From Opitutales bacterium (GTDB lineage Bacteria; Verrucomicrobiota; Verrucomicrobiia; Opitutales; JABSRG01), in assembly GCA_049599475.1 (NCBI GenBank), contig JBMYOQ010000019.1:1-56055 (forward strand): a stretch of DNA of 56,055 nt, given 5' to 3'. Each line of letters opens with the position of its first letter. Within the stretch, counting starts at the first letter, position 1. The notes beneath the pieces were generated by a model. That model did not search any database. It saw only the letters and a list, made by a program, of their open reading frames with translations, and was not told where the DNA came from. The translations under genes and the position numbers were made by a program. This document shows positions 29,755-39,311 of this stretch, piece by piece.

Positions 29755-31218
29755 ATGAGCACTGTAGCTACAGCGCCATCTTCTGATGAGCCAATCACCA
29801 GCCCGCTTCCTAAGGAGCGAGTGACTTTGGCGCAGATCGATGAATCTGTGCGGGGTCCGGCTATCCTCTTTATTTCGACAGCCTGTGCATGGCTTCTCAT
29901 CGGAACCGTTTTCGCCTTGATTACCGCTTTCAAGGCTCACTCGCCTACCTTTTTGGGTAACACCGAGTGGCTGACGTTTGGCCGTGTTCGTGCGGCGCAC
30001 TTGAATTCCGTAGCATTCGGATGGTCCAACAACGCAGCGTTCGCGGTAATCCTTTGGCTGATGGCACGTCTTAGCAAAGTGCCTATGCAGCACGGCGGCC
30101 TCTTGTATGTAGCAGGGGCTTTTTGGAATGTCGGCGTGTTTGTCGGGGTGATCGGAATTTTGGCTGGCCAGTCGACCAGCGTTGAGTGGTTGGAAATGCC
30201 TAAGTATGTAGCTCCTCTGCTTGCCGTAGCTTATGTCTGCATCGCGGTTTGGGGCGTTCAGGTTTTCATTCACCGTCGTCAGCACTTCGTTTACGTATCG
30301 CAGTGGTACATCCTGGCTGCAATTTTCTGGCTTCCATGGCTCTACGTGATTGCCCAGATCATGATCCTTTATTTCCCCGCTCGAGGGGTGACGCAAAGTC
30401 TCACAAACTGGTGGTTTGCGCATAATGTCCTCGGTCTTTGGTTGTCGCCGATTGGGCTGGCTGCGGCTTATTACTTTATTCCAAAGGTCCTTGGTAAACC
30501 GATCCACAGTTACTACCTCTCGGTTCTCGGCTTCTGGTCCTTAGCGCTCTTCTACAACTGGGCAGGTGTGCACCACTTGATCGGTGGACCGCTTCCAGTG
30601 TGGATGGTCACAGCAGGAATCGTAGGATCTGTCATGATGGTGATTCCTGTAATCGTCACAGCCGTGAACCACCACTTAACTGTCGTGGGAAGTTTCAAAC
30701 AGGTCTGGGCGAGTCCTACGCTGCGCTTTATCGTGTTTGGTGCGATGTCTTACACTTTGGCGAGTTTGATCGGCTCATTCATGGCGATCCGCGATGTGAA
30801 CGAGATCACTCACTTTACCCACTTCACTGTCGGGCACGCTCACCATGGTGCCTACGCCTTCTTCACTATGGTGATGTTTGGAAGCATCTACTTTATGATG
30901 CCTCGACTTCTCAAACGGGAGTGGCCCTCTGCTACTTTAATCAAGGTTCACTTCTGGGCGTGTTCGGTAGGAATCACCGTGATGGTTGTGGCCTTGAGTG
31001 TCGGTGGTTGGATCCAAGGCTTGGAGATGAATAACCCTGAAATCACCTTCATCGAAACAGTCCGGAATACAATTCCTTGGCTGCAAGCTCGTTCAGTTTC
31101 TGGTGTCATGCTTACTGTAGGACACATTGCATTTGGTCTTAACTTCGCCTGGATGTTGGTCGGCTTCTTTGGCGCAAGTGAGAAAAAGGGCCCCACGCTT
31201 TTGTCATCAGACGCATAA
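29755..31218 (+). CDS. ccoN: cbb3-type (C-family) heme-copper oxidase subunit I
   Basis: FGRVRAAHLN, YVSQWY, WWFAHN, PIHSYYLS, FYNWAGVHH (helix VII Tyr + CuB His pair), HFTHFTVGHAH. Confidence 0.92.
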   Translation: MSTVATAPSSDEPITSPLPKERVTLAQIDESVRGPAILFISTACAWLLIGTVFALITAFKAHSPTFLGNTEWLTFGRVRAAHLNSVAFGWSNNAAFAVILWLMARLSKVPMQHGGLLYVAGAFWNVGVFVGVIGILAGQSTSVEWLEMPKYVAPLLAVAYVCIAVWGVQVFIHRRQHFVYVSQWYILAAIFWLPWLYVIAQIMILYFPARGVTQSLTNWWFAHNVLGLWLSPIGLAAAYYFIPKVLGKPIHSYYLSVLGFWSLALFYNWAGVHHLIGGPLPVWMVTAGIVGSVMMVIPVIVTAVNHHLTVVGSFKQVWASPTLRFIVFGAMSYTLASLIGSFMAIRDVNEITHFTHFTVGHAHHGAYAFFTMVMFGSIYFMMPRLLKREWPSATLIKVHFWACSVGITVMVVALSVGGWIQGLEMNNPEITFIETVRNTIPWLQARSVSGVMLTVGHIAFGLNFAWMLVGFFGASEKKGPTLLSSDA

Positions 31219-31239
31219 GGCCTTCGGAGGATTCGCATT

Positions 31240-31971
31240 ATGATGAAGAATTTTTATACTCTCTTTTTCGGGATCTTCTTTGCCCTGGCATTCTCCTTCA
31301 CAGGTTTGATTGTCAGTTCTGAGATCCAGCTTGGAGACCTGCAGCCAACCACCTCGACTCTCTTAGATGACGAAGGTAACGAAATTTTAGGCACCACTTA
31401 CTTCAAGACTCTTGAAGATGGTGAAAACATCGAGATTCCTGGCCTCTTAAATGTGGGTGAGCCCATGTATCCACAGGCTCCACTTGGACTCGCCCAGCGC
31501 GGTAAACAAATCTACATCGAGCAAGGCTGCATGTATTGCCACTCGCAGCAGGTGCGTGAGAAGGGGTTCGGTGCTGACTACGAACGTGGTTGGGGTGAAC
31601 GCCAATCTGTTGCCCGCGACTACATCTTGCAAGAGCGCGTACTTCTCGGGACGATGCGCACCGGACCAGATCTTTTGAACGTCGGTGACCGCGGTATTTC
31701 CCAGGATGGTGGAAAATGGCACCATCTCCATCTCTACAGTCCACAGATGGTTGTCGAGGGGTCTACGATGCCCCCGTTTGCCTATCTCTACGAAGAGCAA
31801 CCTATCAATGGAGCGGGATCTCCAGATGCCTTGGCAATCGACCCGGCTTCAGAATATGCTCCTCAAGAAGGCTACGAAATTGTGCCTACTGAAGATGCGG
31901 AGGCTTTGGTCGCTTATTTGTTGAGCCTCAAATTTAACTACGCTCTTCCTGAGTCGAAGATGGCCGAATAA
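31240..31971 (+). CDS. ccoO: cbb3-type oxidase monoheme subunit II
   Basis: [60 protein letters not shown]. Confidence 0.9.
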   Translation: MMKNFYTLFFGIFFALAFSFTGLIVSSEIQLGDLQPTTSTLLDDEGNEILGTTYFKTLEDGENIEIPGLLNVGEPMYPQAPLGLAQRGKQIYIEQGCMYCHSQQVREKGFGADYERGWGERQSVARDYILQERVLLGTMRTGPDLLNVGDRGISQDGGKWHHLHLYSPQMVVEGSTMPPFAYLYEEQPINGAGSPDALAIDPASEYAPQEGYEIVPTEDAEALVAYLLSLKFNYALPESKMAE

Positions 31972-31983
31972 GGATATACTGAA

Positions 31984-32673
31984 ATGTCTGACAAAAACAC
32001 AGCGCATCCATTTTCCACAACGACCATTGAGCACGCGAAGGTCGGAGATGATGAAATCCAAACAATTCATGATCAGCTAGGCCGTGAGAAATCAGAGCCC
32101 AGCGAAGGATTTACTCCAGTTCCTATCTTTCTGCTTTTTGTTTTTTCAGGTCTCATCTTTTGGGGTGGTCTGTATTTAGAAAAAGCTTCAGGGCATTTCC
32201 GTTGGGATGCTTATTCGCCCGATTTCAAATTGGCGGGTCCGGGAGCTGGACCAACTGTAGATTACGAATCTGAAGAGTGGCTCATGTCGCGGGGTGAGCG
32301 CATTTATGCGCAGCAGTGTGTGCAGTGCCACCAAGAAGACGGTAATGGTCAAGTGGGAGCCTTCCCTCCTCTCGTGAACTCAGGCTGGGTTACAGGATCT
32401 GAAGAGAGAGTGTCTGCAATTTTGATTTCAGGTCTTGCCGGACCAATTGAGGTGAACGGCAACACATACAACGGAAACATGCCAGCCTTCGGAGGCGTTA
32501 TTCGCGATCGCGATATAGCCGCCGTTTTGTCTTATATTCGCCGCTCTTGGGGGAATTCAGCTGATCTGATTACCCCTTCTGAGTTTGATACTTACAAGGC
32601 GGGTGCTTCTGGAAGCAGCAGTGGGCAATGGTCTGCTGAAGGGCTCGTCGCTGAGTTTGGTCCAGTAAACTAG
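31984..32673 (+). CDS. Membrane-anchored monoheme cytochrome c (occupies the ccoP position)
   Basis: TM helix, single CVQCH, GAFPPL, YNGNMPAF, IAAVLSYIRRSWGN. Confidence 0.85.
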   Translation: MSDKNTAHPFSTTTIEHAKVGDDEIQTIHDQLGREKSEPSEGFTPVPIFLLFVFSGLIFWGGLYLEKASGHFRWDAYSPDFKLAGPGAGPTVDYESEEWLMSRGERIYAQQCVQCHQEDGNGQVGAFPPLVNSGWVTGSEERVSAILISGLAGPIEVNGNTYNGNMPAFGGVIRDRDIAAVLSYIRRSWGNSADLITPSEFDTYKAGASGSSSGQWSAEGLVAEFGPVN

Positions 32674-32828
32674 CCGTCTCGCCCTTGTCTGTAAACGGGG
32701 AGCAGACAATTCGTGGCTACTGCAAGATTTCTGTCTCTCGCCTGTAGTCACATTTAGAATGGCGACGTAGCACGTGATACTTTTCGAAAGTTCGCGTGTT
32801 CCTATTGATGGTTTTTAACAAAACTATC

Positions 32829-34688
32829 ATGTCTCCCCTCAGAACTTTATTCGCCCTGTCTGTGGGCTTTTGTCTCTCGTTATTCTCCAATGTCTGCGCG
32901 ACGCCTACCAAGGTGCTTCTTTACGAAGACGACTTTTCTGATGATTTGAGCCAATGGCGGGTCGAGCAGATGCCTCAAGGAACAGCAGAGGTTGAAGATG
33001 GGAAGCTGGTTATTGTGGATGCCAAAGGTTGTACGGTCTGGTTTCAAGAGAAGCTGAATGGGCCGACCATGATTGAATTCGAGGCCACTCTGATTGATCA
33101 AGGTGGGAAGCGTGATAGAGTCAGCGACCTGAACTGTTTTTGGATGGCCCAGGATCCAAAGAATCCGGCAGATATATTCGCGAATAAAAAACGTGGTGGC
33201 TCATTTAAGAATTACCATTCGCTCCGCCTCTACTACGTCGGCTATGGCGCGAACAATAACACCACTACGCGGTTCCGGAGATATCCCGGTGATGGCACTC
33301 GTGAGGTATTACCGGAGCATGACTTGAGGGATAAGAAGTTCATGAACGTCGCCAACAAGACGATCACGATACAGATAATAGCCGATGGCAGCACGATCCA
33401 GTATTTGCGAGATGGGGAAATCGTGTTCGATTACGTCGATGAAAATCCGTTTACCGAAGGATGGTTTGGATTCCGAACCGTGAGAAATCATATCCAGTTT
33501 GATAACTTCAAAGTGTATCGGCTCGAGGATACTCAGAAAAAGATCACTCAAAATGTAGGCTCGGAAAATCTAAATGAGATCGAAGCCTACTCGGGATGGA
33601 AGTGCCATGTGATTAGCGCCGATCCGAATGATGACGGTCCGGACGGAATTAACTTTCACGACTGGGATGGAGACGGCGATATCGACCTTTTTGTGAATTA
33701 CGAAGAAGGTGCTTATAGTCGCTTATTCTTTAATCCTGGAAGTGCCGACATTCGTAGCTCGTGGAGTGATTATATCGAATTTCGCCACGGAAAGTGTGAA
33801 GACTCCGGGATCGGTGACCTGGATAACGATGGCGATATCGACTATGTTGCTAACGGAGGGTGGGTGTATTTTAATCCTGGTACTTCGGAGGTTCGTGGCC
33901 CTCAAGCATGGAAGAGGATGACTTTGTTTAACCGAGAGGAGCGGGTGCCCAAGGTTGCTGATATTGATGGCGATGGACTCAATGACTTACTCGTCGGAGC
34001 CCATAGGTGGTTCAAACAACCCGCAGAGAATAAGCACGATGCATCAGAATGGAGAGAATATAAGATTGGCAAAAATAAATGGGCGATGACCAGTATTCTA
34101 AACGATCTAGATCATGACGGCGACGAGGATCTAATCGTGGCAGATCGTGGTGTGAATGTTTGTTGGTATGTAAATCCTGGGGCTGGTAAGCATGCCGCCA
34201 TTTGGGAGCGTCGTGTTCTGCATCGACATACTGAGCCCATGTTCATGAAAGTCTTTGATATCGATTCAGACGGCCTGGATGATCTGATTATTGCTGGGGG
34301 ACAAAAGGGAGAGTGGTCTCACAAACTTATTGTGCTTCTGAGAAAAAATAAGGGAGCAGATCCAAAATTCACGGAGATTGTAATTGATCAGCCGAGCGGG
34401 TTATTTCCGAAAGGAATCGGCATTCTTGAGATTGATGGGGATCTCACAAAAAATGAAATTGTAGTCATACCGAAGAGTGGAGACATCTGGGCTGCTAATT
34501 ATTCTGGTGATCCTGAAAAGCCTAAAAACTGGAGAGCTCGCCCAATCGATGTCCCTGGAGCCAAATCTCGAAAAAAAATGGATAACGCTTACCTCGCTGA
34601 CTTAGATGGAGACGGTGATATAGATGTAGCGACGACCGAAGAAAACGGTGGCTGGGGCGTCATTTGGTTTGAGAACCCTTTGATGTAA
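32829..34688 (+). CDS. Secreted protein: DUF6250/YesU-like beta-sandwich fused to FG-GAP/VCBS-type repeats
   Basis: Signal peptide; GCTVWF, RVSDLNCFWMA, LYYVGYGAN.NTTTRFRRY, GWFGFRT; repeated DxDGDGDxD loops (DWDGDGDID, DLDNDGDID, DIDGDGLND, DLDHDGDED, DLDGDGDID). Confidence 0.75.
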   Translation: MSPLRTLFALSVGFCLSLFSNVCATPTKVLLYEDDFSDDLSQWRVEQMPQGTAEVEDGKLVIVDAKGCTVWFQEKLNGPTMIEFEATLIDQGGKRDRVSDLNCFWMAQDPKNPADIFANKKRGGSFKNYHSLRLYYVGYGANNNTTTRFRRYPGDGTREVLPEHDLRDKKFMNVANKTITIQIIADGSTIQYLRDGEIVFDYVDENPFTEGWFGFRTVRNHIQFDNFKVYRLEDTQKKITQNVGSENLNEIEAYSGWKCHVISADPNDDGPDGINFHDWDGDGDIDLFVNYEEGAYSRLFFNPGSADIRSSWSDYIEFRHGKCEDSGIGDLDNDGDIDYVANGGWVYFNPGTSEVRGPQAWKRMTLFNREERVPKVADIDGDGLNDLLVGAHRWFKQPAENKHDASEWREYKIGKNKWAMTSILNDLDHDGDEDLIVADRGVNVCWYVNPGAGKHAAIWERRVLHRHTEPMFMKVFDIDSDGLDDLIIAGGQKGEWSHKLIVLLRKNKGADPKFTEIVIDQPSGLFPKGIGILEIDGDLTKNEIVVIPKSGDIWAANYSGDPEKPKNWRARPIDVPGAKSRKKMDNAYLADLDGDGDIDVATTEENGGWGVIWFENPLM

Positions 34689-34720
34689 ACGTGGTGTTGA
34701 ATTTCGAGAGCGCGGATCTA

Positions 34721-35761
34721 TCAGATCTTCTCGAGTTCAACGGGTGCTGCTGGGACCTCTCCTGATTCTTCGGTCTTCGCAGGTGCATATTTGTGGCGCC
34801 ATCGCAACATCCCATAGAAGGAAAGTGCCGAGCAAATCATGAGTACGCACATGATACCGGCGCGCTGAGGAGTTAGCTCTATCAATAACAGAGTGGATAG
34901 GAGATCTATTGTAATCAGCAAGGAAAGCACGACGAGTATCCAGTCTCTACTCACTCTGGATGCTACGTAGGCTCCTAGAGGCGCGCCGATAGCAACGATG
35001 GGGACGCACACTGCCCAGTAGCTCCACTCAATTGTAATGTTTTGTTCAATCGCACCGTGCCAGAAGAATCCATACAGAGAAATCGCAGTCATCGTGACAA
35101 CGCTTGTGGGGATGGCTTTTTTCTCATGCATCCCGTATGCGAGTGTCATCACAATAAACGCGATCATATCGATCCCCGAACCGCAGAATGAGGAGAGGAT
35201 TCCTCCAAAAATGCCTGTAAGGAAAAAATGGAGATTACTCGAAGAACCCCATCGATGTGTTTTTAGGCAAGGCTGATGGTTGAGGAATTTATGCGAGATA
35301 TAAAACGCAATTCCGAATGCAGTGAGCATGCACGTGAAGAGCACTCGCGGGTATGGGAACGGAAGATCGATAAAAAGGGCCCCTATTGTCATCCCGAGAA
35401 TACCTCCGGGGACGGCGCGTAGGATCACCTTAGTGTAGACGGGTATCCCTTTCGAAAAAATGAACAGAGAAGCCATCGTCATCCCTATTGACTGAATCAT
35501 TAGGCCGAATGTTCGTGCTTCATCTGCAGGAACATTCAGCAGCTTAGTGAAGACAGGAAACGCTACCGCTCCGCCCCCTGCGGGAGTTGATCCAGCTACA
35601 AACGAGCCAAGCATCATGGTGATGGACATAGCCCACCAATCCACAAATAGGTCCCACGCATTCATAGCTGTCATCGCTACGGCCCATACCGTAACGACGA
35701 CAATAAATGCAGTGGAGAATACGCGTTTCAAAAGCTCCCTTCGGTTACTCCATTGCGGCAA
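34721..35761 (-). CDS. Sulfite exporter TauE/SafE-family membrane protein
   Basis: GSFVAGSTPAGGGAVAFPVFT, ARTFGLMIQSIGM, GSGIDM, AIPTSVV, PIVAIGAPLGA; start uncertain. Confidence 0.82.
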   Translation of the reverse strand: MPQWSNRRELLKRVFSTAFIVVVTVWAVAMTAMNAWDLFVDWWAMSITMMLGSFVAGSTPAGGGAVAFPVFTKLLNVPADEARTFGLMIQSIGMTMASLFIFSKGIPVYTKVILRAVPGGILGMTIGALFIDLPFPYPRVLFTCMLTAFGIAFYISHKFLNHQPCLKTHRWGSSSNLHFFLTGIFGGILSSFCGSGIDMIAFIVMTLAYGMHEKKAIPTSVVTMTAISLYGFFWHGAIEQNITIEWSYWAVCVPIVAIGAPLGAYVASRVSRDWILVVLSLLITIDLLSTLLLIELTPQRAGIMCVLMICSALSFYGMLRWRHKYAPAKTEESGEVPAAPVELEKI

Positions 35762-37844
35762 CTTCTTCGCGCATCACAGGAATCGATTTCCTGAGATTCA
35801 TGATCTTCGCGATGACAACTGCGTAAATGGCTGGCACGAACAACAGCTCAAGGCTGAGGCCGAAGCCGTTGAGAAAATAACATGCTGCCGCATGCACCAG
35901 GCCGATGCCCAGTAGGACTTTGCGTTTCTTTGGTTTGAGCGCGAAAAGCCCTGCGATGAAAATCGGTGCGGCCAAGAAGCTCGGTAAATTGAAGCCCAAA
36001 TTACCTACCAGGTTGGCGCCGAAAAACAGGCCGAGGAGTAACGCGGCAATCGCCAATTTATCCGATGTAGGCGTTGTTGCGAAATCCACGCCCTTGTAAG
36101 TGAAGTAGGGGTGGGTGCGTGGGAATGGGCCGCAATTTCCACGGGACTGCTTATCGATTAGCTTCTGAAGGAGTGGGAATTTTTTGCGGATCAAGTGGCG
36201 GCGGTGCAATGAACCGCTACGGTTGATCAATAGATTGGCCGCATTTTTCTTCTTAAAGAAGGCATCTATCTTGTGCAGCTTCGGAATCATTTTAGTTCCG
36301 ATGATACTGTTCTTGTGGAGAGCGTTTCTCAATCGAACGGTCAGCGGAGAGATGTGAATACTGTCGATGAATGCCTTGCGTTTTTTCTCATCTCCCACCC
36401 AAAGGAACAGGCCAGAATTGTAAGAGGTGTGCATTACCTTTTCTTTTTCCTCTTCGGAGAGGCCATCAAGGTGATCCTCGGGTGATCGACCCATATCCTT
36501 GGACATTACGTATGGGTAATGCGTATACCCATCCAGAATATCACGACGGAATCGGCGGCATCCCTCGAAAACGTTGCGGTGGTATTCAGCGTCTTCAGCG
36601 ATGCGCTCCATCATCACTTCCTTGCTCGGAAGCTCGATTTTCCCTGTGTAGAGATCTACCAGATATTGGCTTTGATACTCTACGAAGGCTGGTACCGAAC
36701 CTATCATAGGGCGGACGAGACCGAGATACCAGATCGATTGATCCTCGATGTTGATGAAATTGCGGTAGAGCTTGTCGTAGTCGATCATCGCATACGATTG
36801 GTCCTCAAAATACTTGTATGATTTTTTGTAACCGGTGGATTCGATAATCATATCGATTTCTTCGGTCTTTCCATTTTCGAAGGTAACCGTCTTGCCTTGA
36901 ATGTTTTCTACCCGACTGTAGGGCTGGATCATACCCTCGTGCACGAGGTAGATCACTTCACCGTTCTTGATCGGAAATTTGTTGCCGTAGTAATTGGGCA
37001 CGACCCATTCCTTCACGCCGTGTCCATTAGCGCCGAAGCTCTTCTCAACATAGTAAAGATTGTTGTGCTCCTTGTCGCTCATGTGCTGGGTGTGTTTGTG
37101 GTTCCGAGTCAGGCTGGGGCCTTCGTCGAATACCATTTCCTGCGGCATAGCTGGATCCTCTGGATTGTCCACTGCGATACAGCGATCAATTGAGTGGAGA
37201 CCATCTGGAATTGCCCAGTAAGCTTTGTCGGCAACACATGCTGCGTGTGAGGCCATATCGGAAGCAGTTTCTCCTCCACCGGTAATCAAGACACGCTTAC
37301 CACGGAACTTGATCTTGTTGTTCATTTTCACCTGTTGCGCGTGATAGATTTCTCCATCGAACTGATCGCCAAATTTGTCAGCGATCGGAGTCATCTTCTG
37401 TGTGAAGGCTCCTCCGGCGATCACGAAATTCTTTGAATAAACGGTTTTAACGGGTTCACCCTCTGTTTGGTAGTCTACCTTCCATAGGCCGTCTTCTTGC
37501 TTGGCAACGCCGACAATCTCGGTGTTCAGAGCGATGTGCTCATTGATGCCGTAATGTTCTGCATATTCCTCAATGTGGGTAAGGAGTTGTCGCCAGGTCA
37601 TGAATTCACCCCAGTCTTCGTGCGGTGCGAAATCAGAGAATGTAGTCACACGTCGACCGGATGTAGTGATCGTATTTTTCGTGACCGTCGTAACGTTTTC
37701 ATCGTCCGTGTACCTCCACAGGCCACCGATGCCATCTCGTTTCTCCATGGTCATGAAGGAGATGCCGTTTTCCTTGAGGTACTTGCTGATAATGACTCCG
37801 GACATGCCCGCGCCGGAAACAACGAAGTCGAGAGGTGTATTCAT
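35745..37844 (-). CDS. Flavin-containing monooxygenase (FMO, class B) with long C-terminal membrane-associated extension
   Basis: VSGAGMSG (FAD), GGLWRY, TFSDF, FDGEIYHA (FMO fingerprint), GGGETASD (NADPH), ESTGY, GLVRPMIGSVP; three hydrophobic segments at the C-terminus; start moved to ATG 37844. Confidence 0.85.
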   Translation of the reverse strand: MNTPLDFVVSGAGMSGVIISKYLKENGISFMTMEKRDGIGGLWRYTDDENVTTVTKNTITTSGRRVTTFSDFAPHEDWGEFMTWRQLLTHIEEYAEHYGINEHIALNTEIVGVAKQEDGLWKVDYQTEGEPVKTVYSKNFVIAGGAFTQKMTPIADKFGDQFDGEIYHAQQVKMNNKIKFRGKRVLITGGGETASDMASHAACVADKAYWAIPDGLHSIDRCIAVDNPEDPAMPQEMVFDEGPSLTRNHKHTQHMSDKEHNNLYYVEKSFGANGHGVKEWVVPNYYGNKFPIKNGEVIYLVHEGMIQPYSRVENIQGKTVTFENGKTEEIDMIIESTGYKKSYKYFEDQSYAMIDYDKLYRNFINIEDQSIWYLGLVRPMIGSVPAFVEYQSQYLVDLYTGKIELPSKEVMMERIAEDAEYHRNVFEGCRRFRRDILDGYTHYPYVMSKDMGRSPEDHLDGLSEEEKEKVMHTSYNSGLFLWVGDEKKRKAFIDSIHISPLTVRLRNALHKNSIIGTKMIPKLHKIDAFFKKKNAANLLINRSGSLHRRHLIRKKFPLLQKLIDKQSRGNCGPFPRTHPYFTYKGVDFATTPTSDKLAIAALLLGLFFGANLVGNLGFNLPSFLAAPIFIAGLFALKPKKRKVLLGIGLVHAAACYFLNGFGLSLELLFVPAIYAVVIAKIMNLRKSIPVMREEVAAME

Positions 37845-37902
37845 AGCTATTGAGAGATTAAAAGGAAAGTCAGATACTTTGAGTAAACGTTGTTGAGAGA
37901 CC

Positions 37903-39306
37903 TCAGCCTCCGGCCGCCTTAACTTCTGGAGCGGGCCTGTGCGTTGGATCGCGTTCTTCGCCAAAGTGCATACTGTCCAAAGCGCCAGCCACTTCCATCC
38001 ATGGAGTGCCATCGGTATGAGAAATCCATTCCCAAGATAGTTTGCAGACTGAGTCTACGACCCACAGGTCCTCATAGTATTCAGGAGCTATCTTGCGAAC
38101 TTCGTAAATTTTATTGAACGGGATATTTGGGAAATCGTGGTGCTCAACGTGATACAGCTCGCCAAATGTCATCCAGTTCCAGAGGTATGAACCTCCGTAA
38201 GAAACTGTCGGTTGGTATCCATTCTTAGGATGTGACATATGCTGCATGAGCCAAAACCCTGCATAAGGATGGCCAAAGGCGCCCATTGCGAATCCGCCTG
38301 CCAGCTTGAAATAGAGGAAGCACCAGAAACCGCCGAGCCACCAGGTGAGTGCCATGAAGGCATACTTCATCAACACCAGGGCTAAGATCTTCTTACCTGG
38401 CTTTTTGATGTGCGGCACATTGTAACGGCCGAGCCAGTGCTCAATTTGCATGAACTCAAAGGTAAATAGCGAGAACAGGGTAATCCACGTAAGCCTTCCC
38501 AAGCGACTCTTCCCAAACATTTTTGGAAGGATAGCCCAGTGGGAGTGGAGCACGTAATCGGGGTCTCCGACACCGCCAGTGTTTTTGTGGTGGGTGAGGT
38601 GCCCTGCGAAATAGTAGATCGATAGATTCGGGCCGGATGTCCCTACGGTGATGTCTCCTGCAACGGCAAATAGCTTGGCGAAAAGTGTTCCACCGTTGGG
38701 AGAATGGCATACCTCGTGGGTGAGCTGTTGAAAGGCATAAGCGAAATAGGCTCCCACAGTCGCGGCCAGAGCGATGGTCCATAGGACAACCGCCCACATC
38801 GAGACTTCGGTGAATTTGTCTAGAAAGAAAATTCCAGCCCCGACGGCGAGGTGTAGCACGAGAAAGCTCCCGAGAATTGTCGGATAAACCCATTTAGGGA
38901 GTGCTTTGAGCTTTCTTATTTCAGGGTGTTTACGGGCGATTTCTTTCTTTCTGAGGCGATGCCACTCATGACCGCAAAGATTGCTTGGCTCATCACTGCC
39001 CTTGCGAATCAATGAACTCGCAACAGAATCCTTTGCGTCGGTTTCGTCTTCGAATGCAACGGTGAATGAGCGGTCCTGGTCGCTTTCAGGAGAACTAGCT
39101 TCGTTTTCGTCCTCGACGGTCGCCTTCCTGAATTTCCCGTTTTGCCAGGCCCAGAGGGTCTCTCCTTTGTCGACCCCGCCCAGGCCGTCTTTGTAGCGAC
39201 GGCGGCCCATTGTACTAAGAACACGCTGGCTGATCTTGCGATCAATCACCAAAATAATTCCCGCAAAAACTAGTGCTACGAGGGTAATGGTAAGTTCGAG
39301 GCCCAT
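37903..39306 (-). CDS. Membrane fatty-acid desaturase/hydroxylase resembling sphingolipid delta-4 desaturase (DEGS/DES1), with N-terminal extension
   Basis: His boxes HEVCH, HLTHH, HVEHH; HRLRKKEIARKHPEIRKL and YHVEHHDFPNIP...VRKIAPEYY match DEGS motifs as I recall them. Confidence 0.85.
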   Translation of the reverse strand: MGLELTITLVALVFAGIILVIDRKISQRVLSTMGRRRYKDGLGGVDKGETLWAWQNGKFRKATVEDENEASSPESDQDRSFTVAFEDETDAKDSVASSLIRKGSDEPSNLCGHEWHRLRKKEIARKHPEIRKLKALPKWVYPTILGSFLVLHLAVGAGIFFLDKFTEVSMWAVVLWTIALAATVGAYFAYAFQQLTHEVCHSPNGGTLFAKLFAVAGDITVGTSGPNLSIYYFAGHLTHHKNTGGVGDPDYVLHSHWAILPKMFGKSRLGRLTWITLFSLFTFEFMQIEHWLGRYNVPHIKKPGKKILALVLMKYAFMALTWWLGGFWCFLYFKLAGGFAMGAFGHPYAGFWLMQHMSHPKNGYQPTVSYGGSYLWNWMTFGELYHVEHHDFPNIPFNKIYEVRKIAPEYYEDLWVVDSVCKLSWEWISHTDGTPWMEVAGALDSMHFGEERDPTHRPAPEVKAAGG

Positions 39307-39311
39307 TGTTT

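Noticed and set aside
37845..38012. N-terminal extension of the FMO ORF (likewise those of fusA, ackA, actB and the hydroxyacid dehydrogenase in the ORF track)
   Set aside because: These extensions overlap neighbours or precede the family-typical N-terminus; downstream ATGs were used instead.
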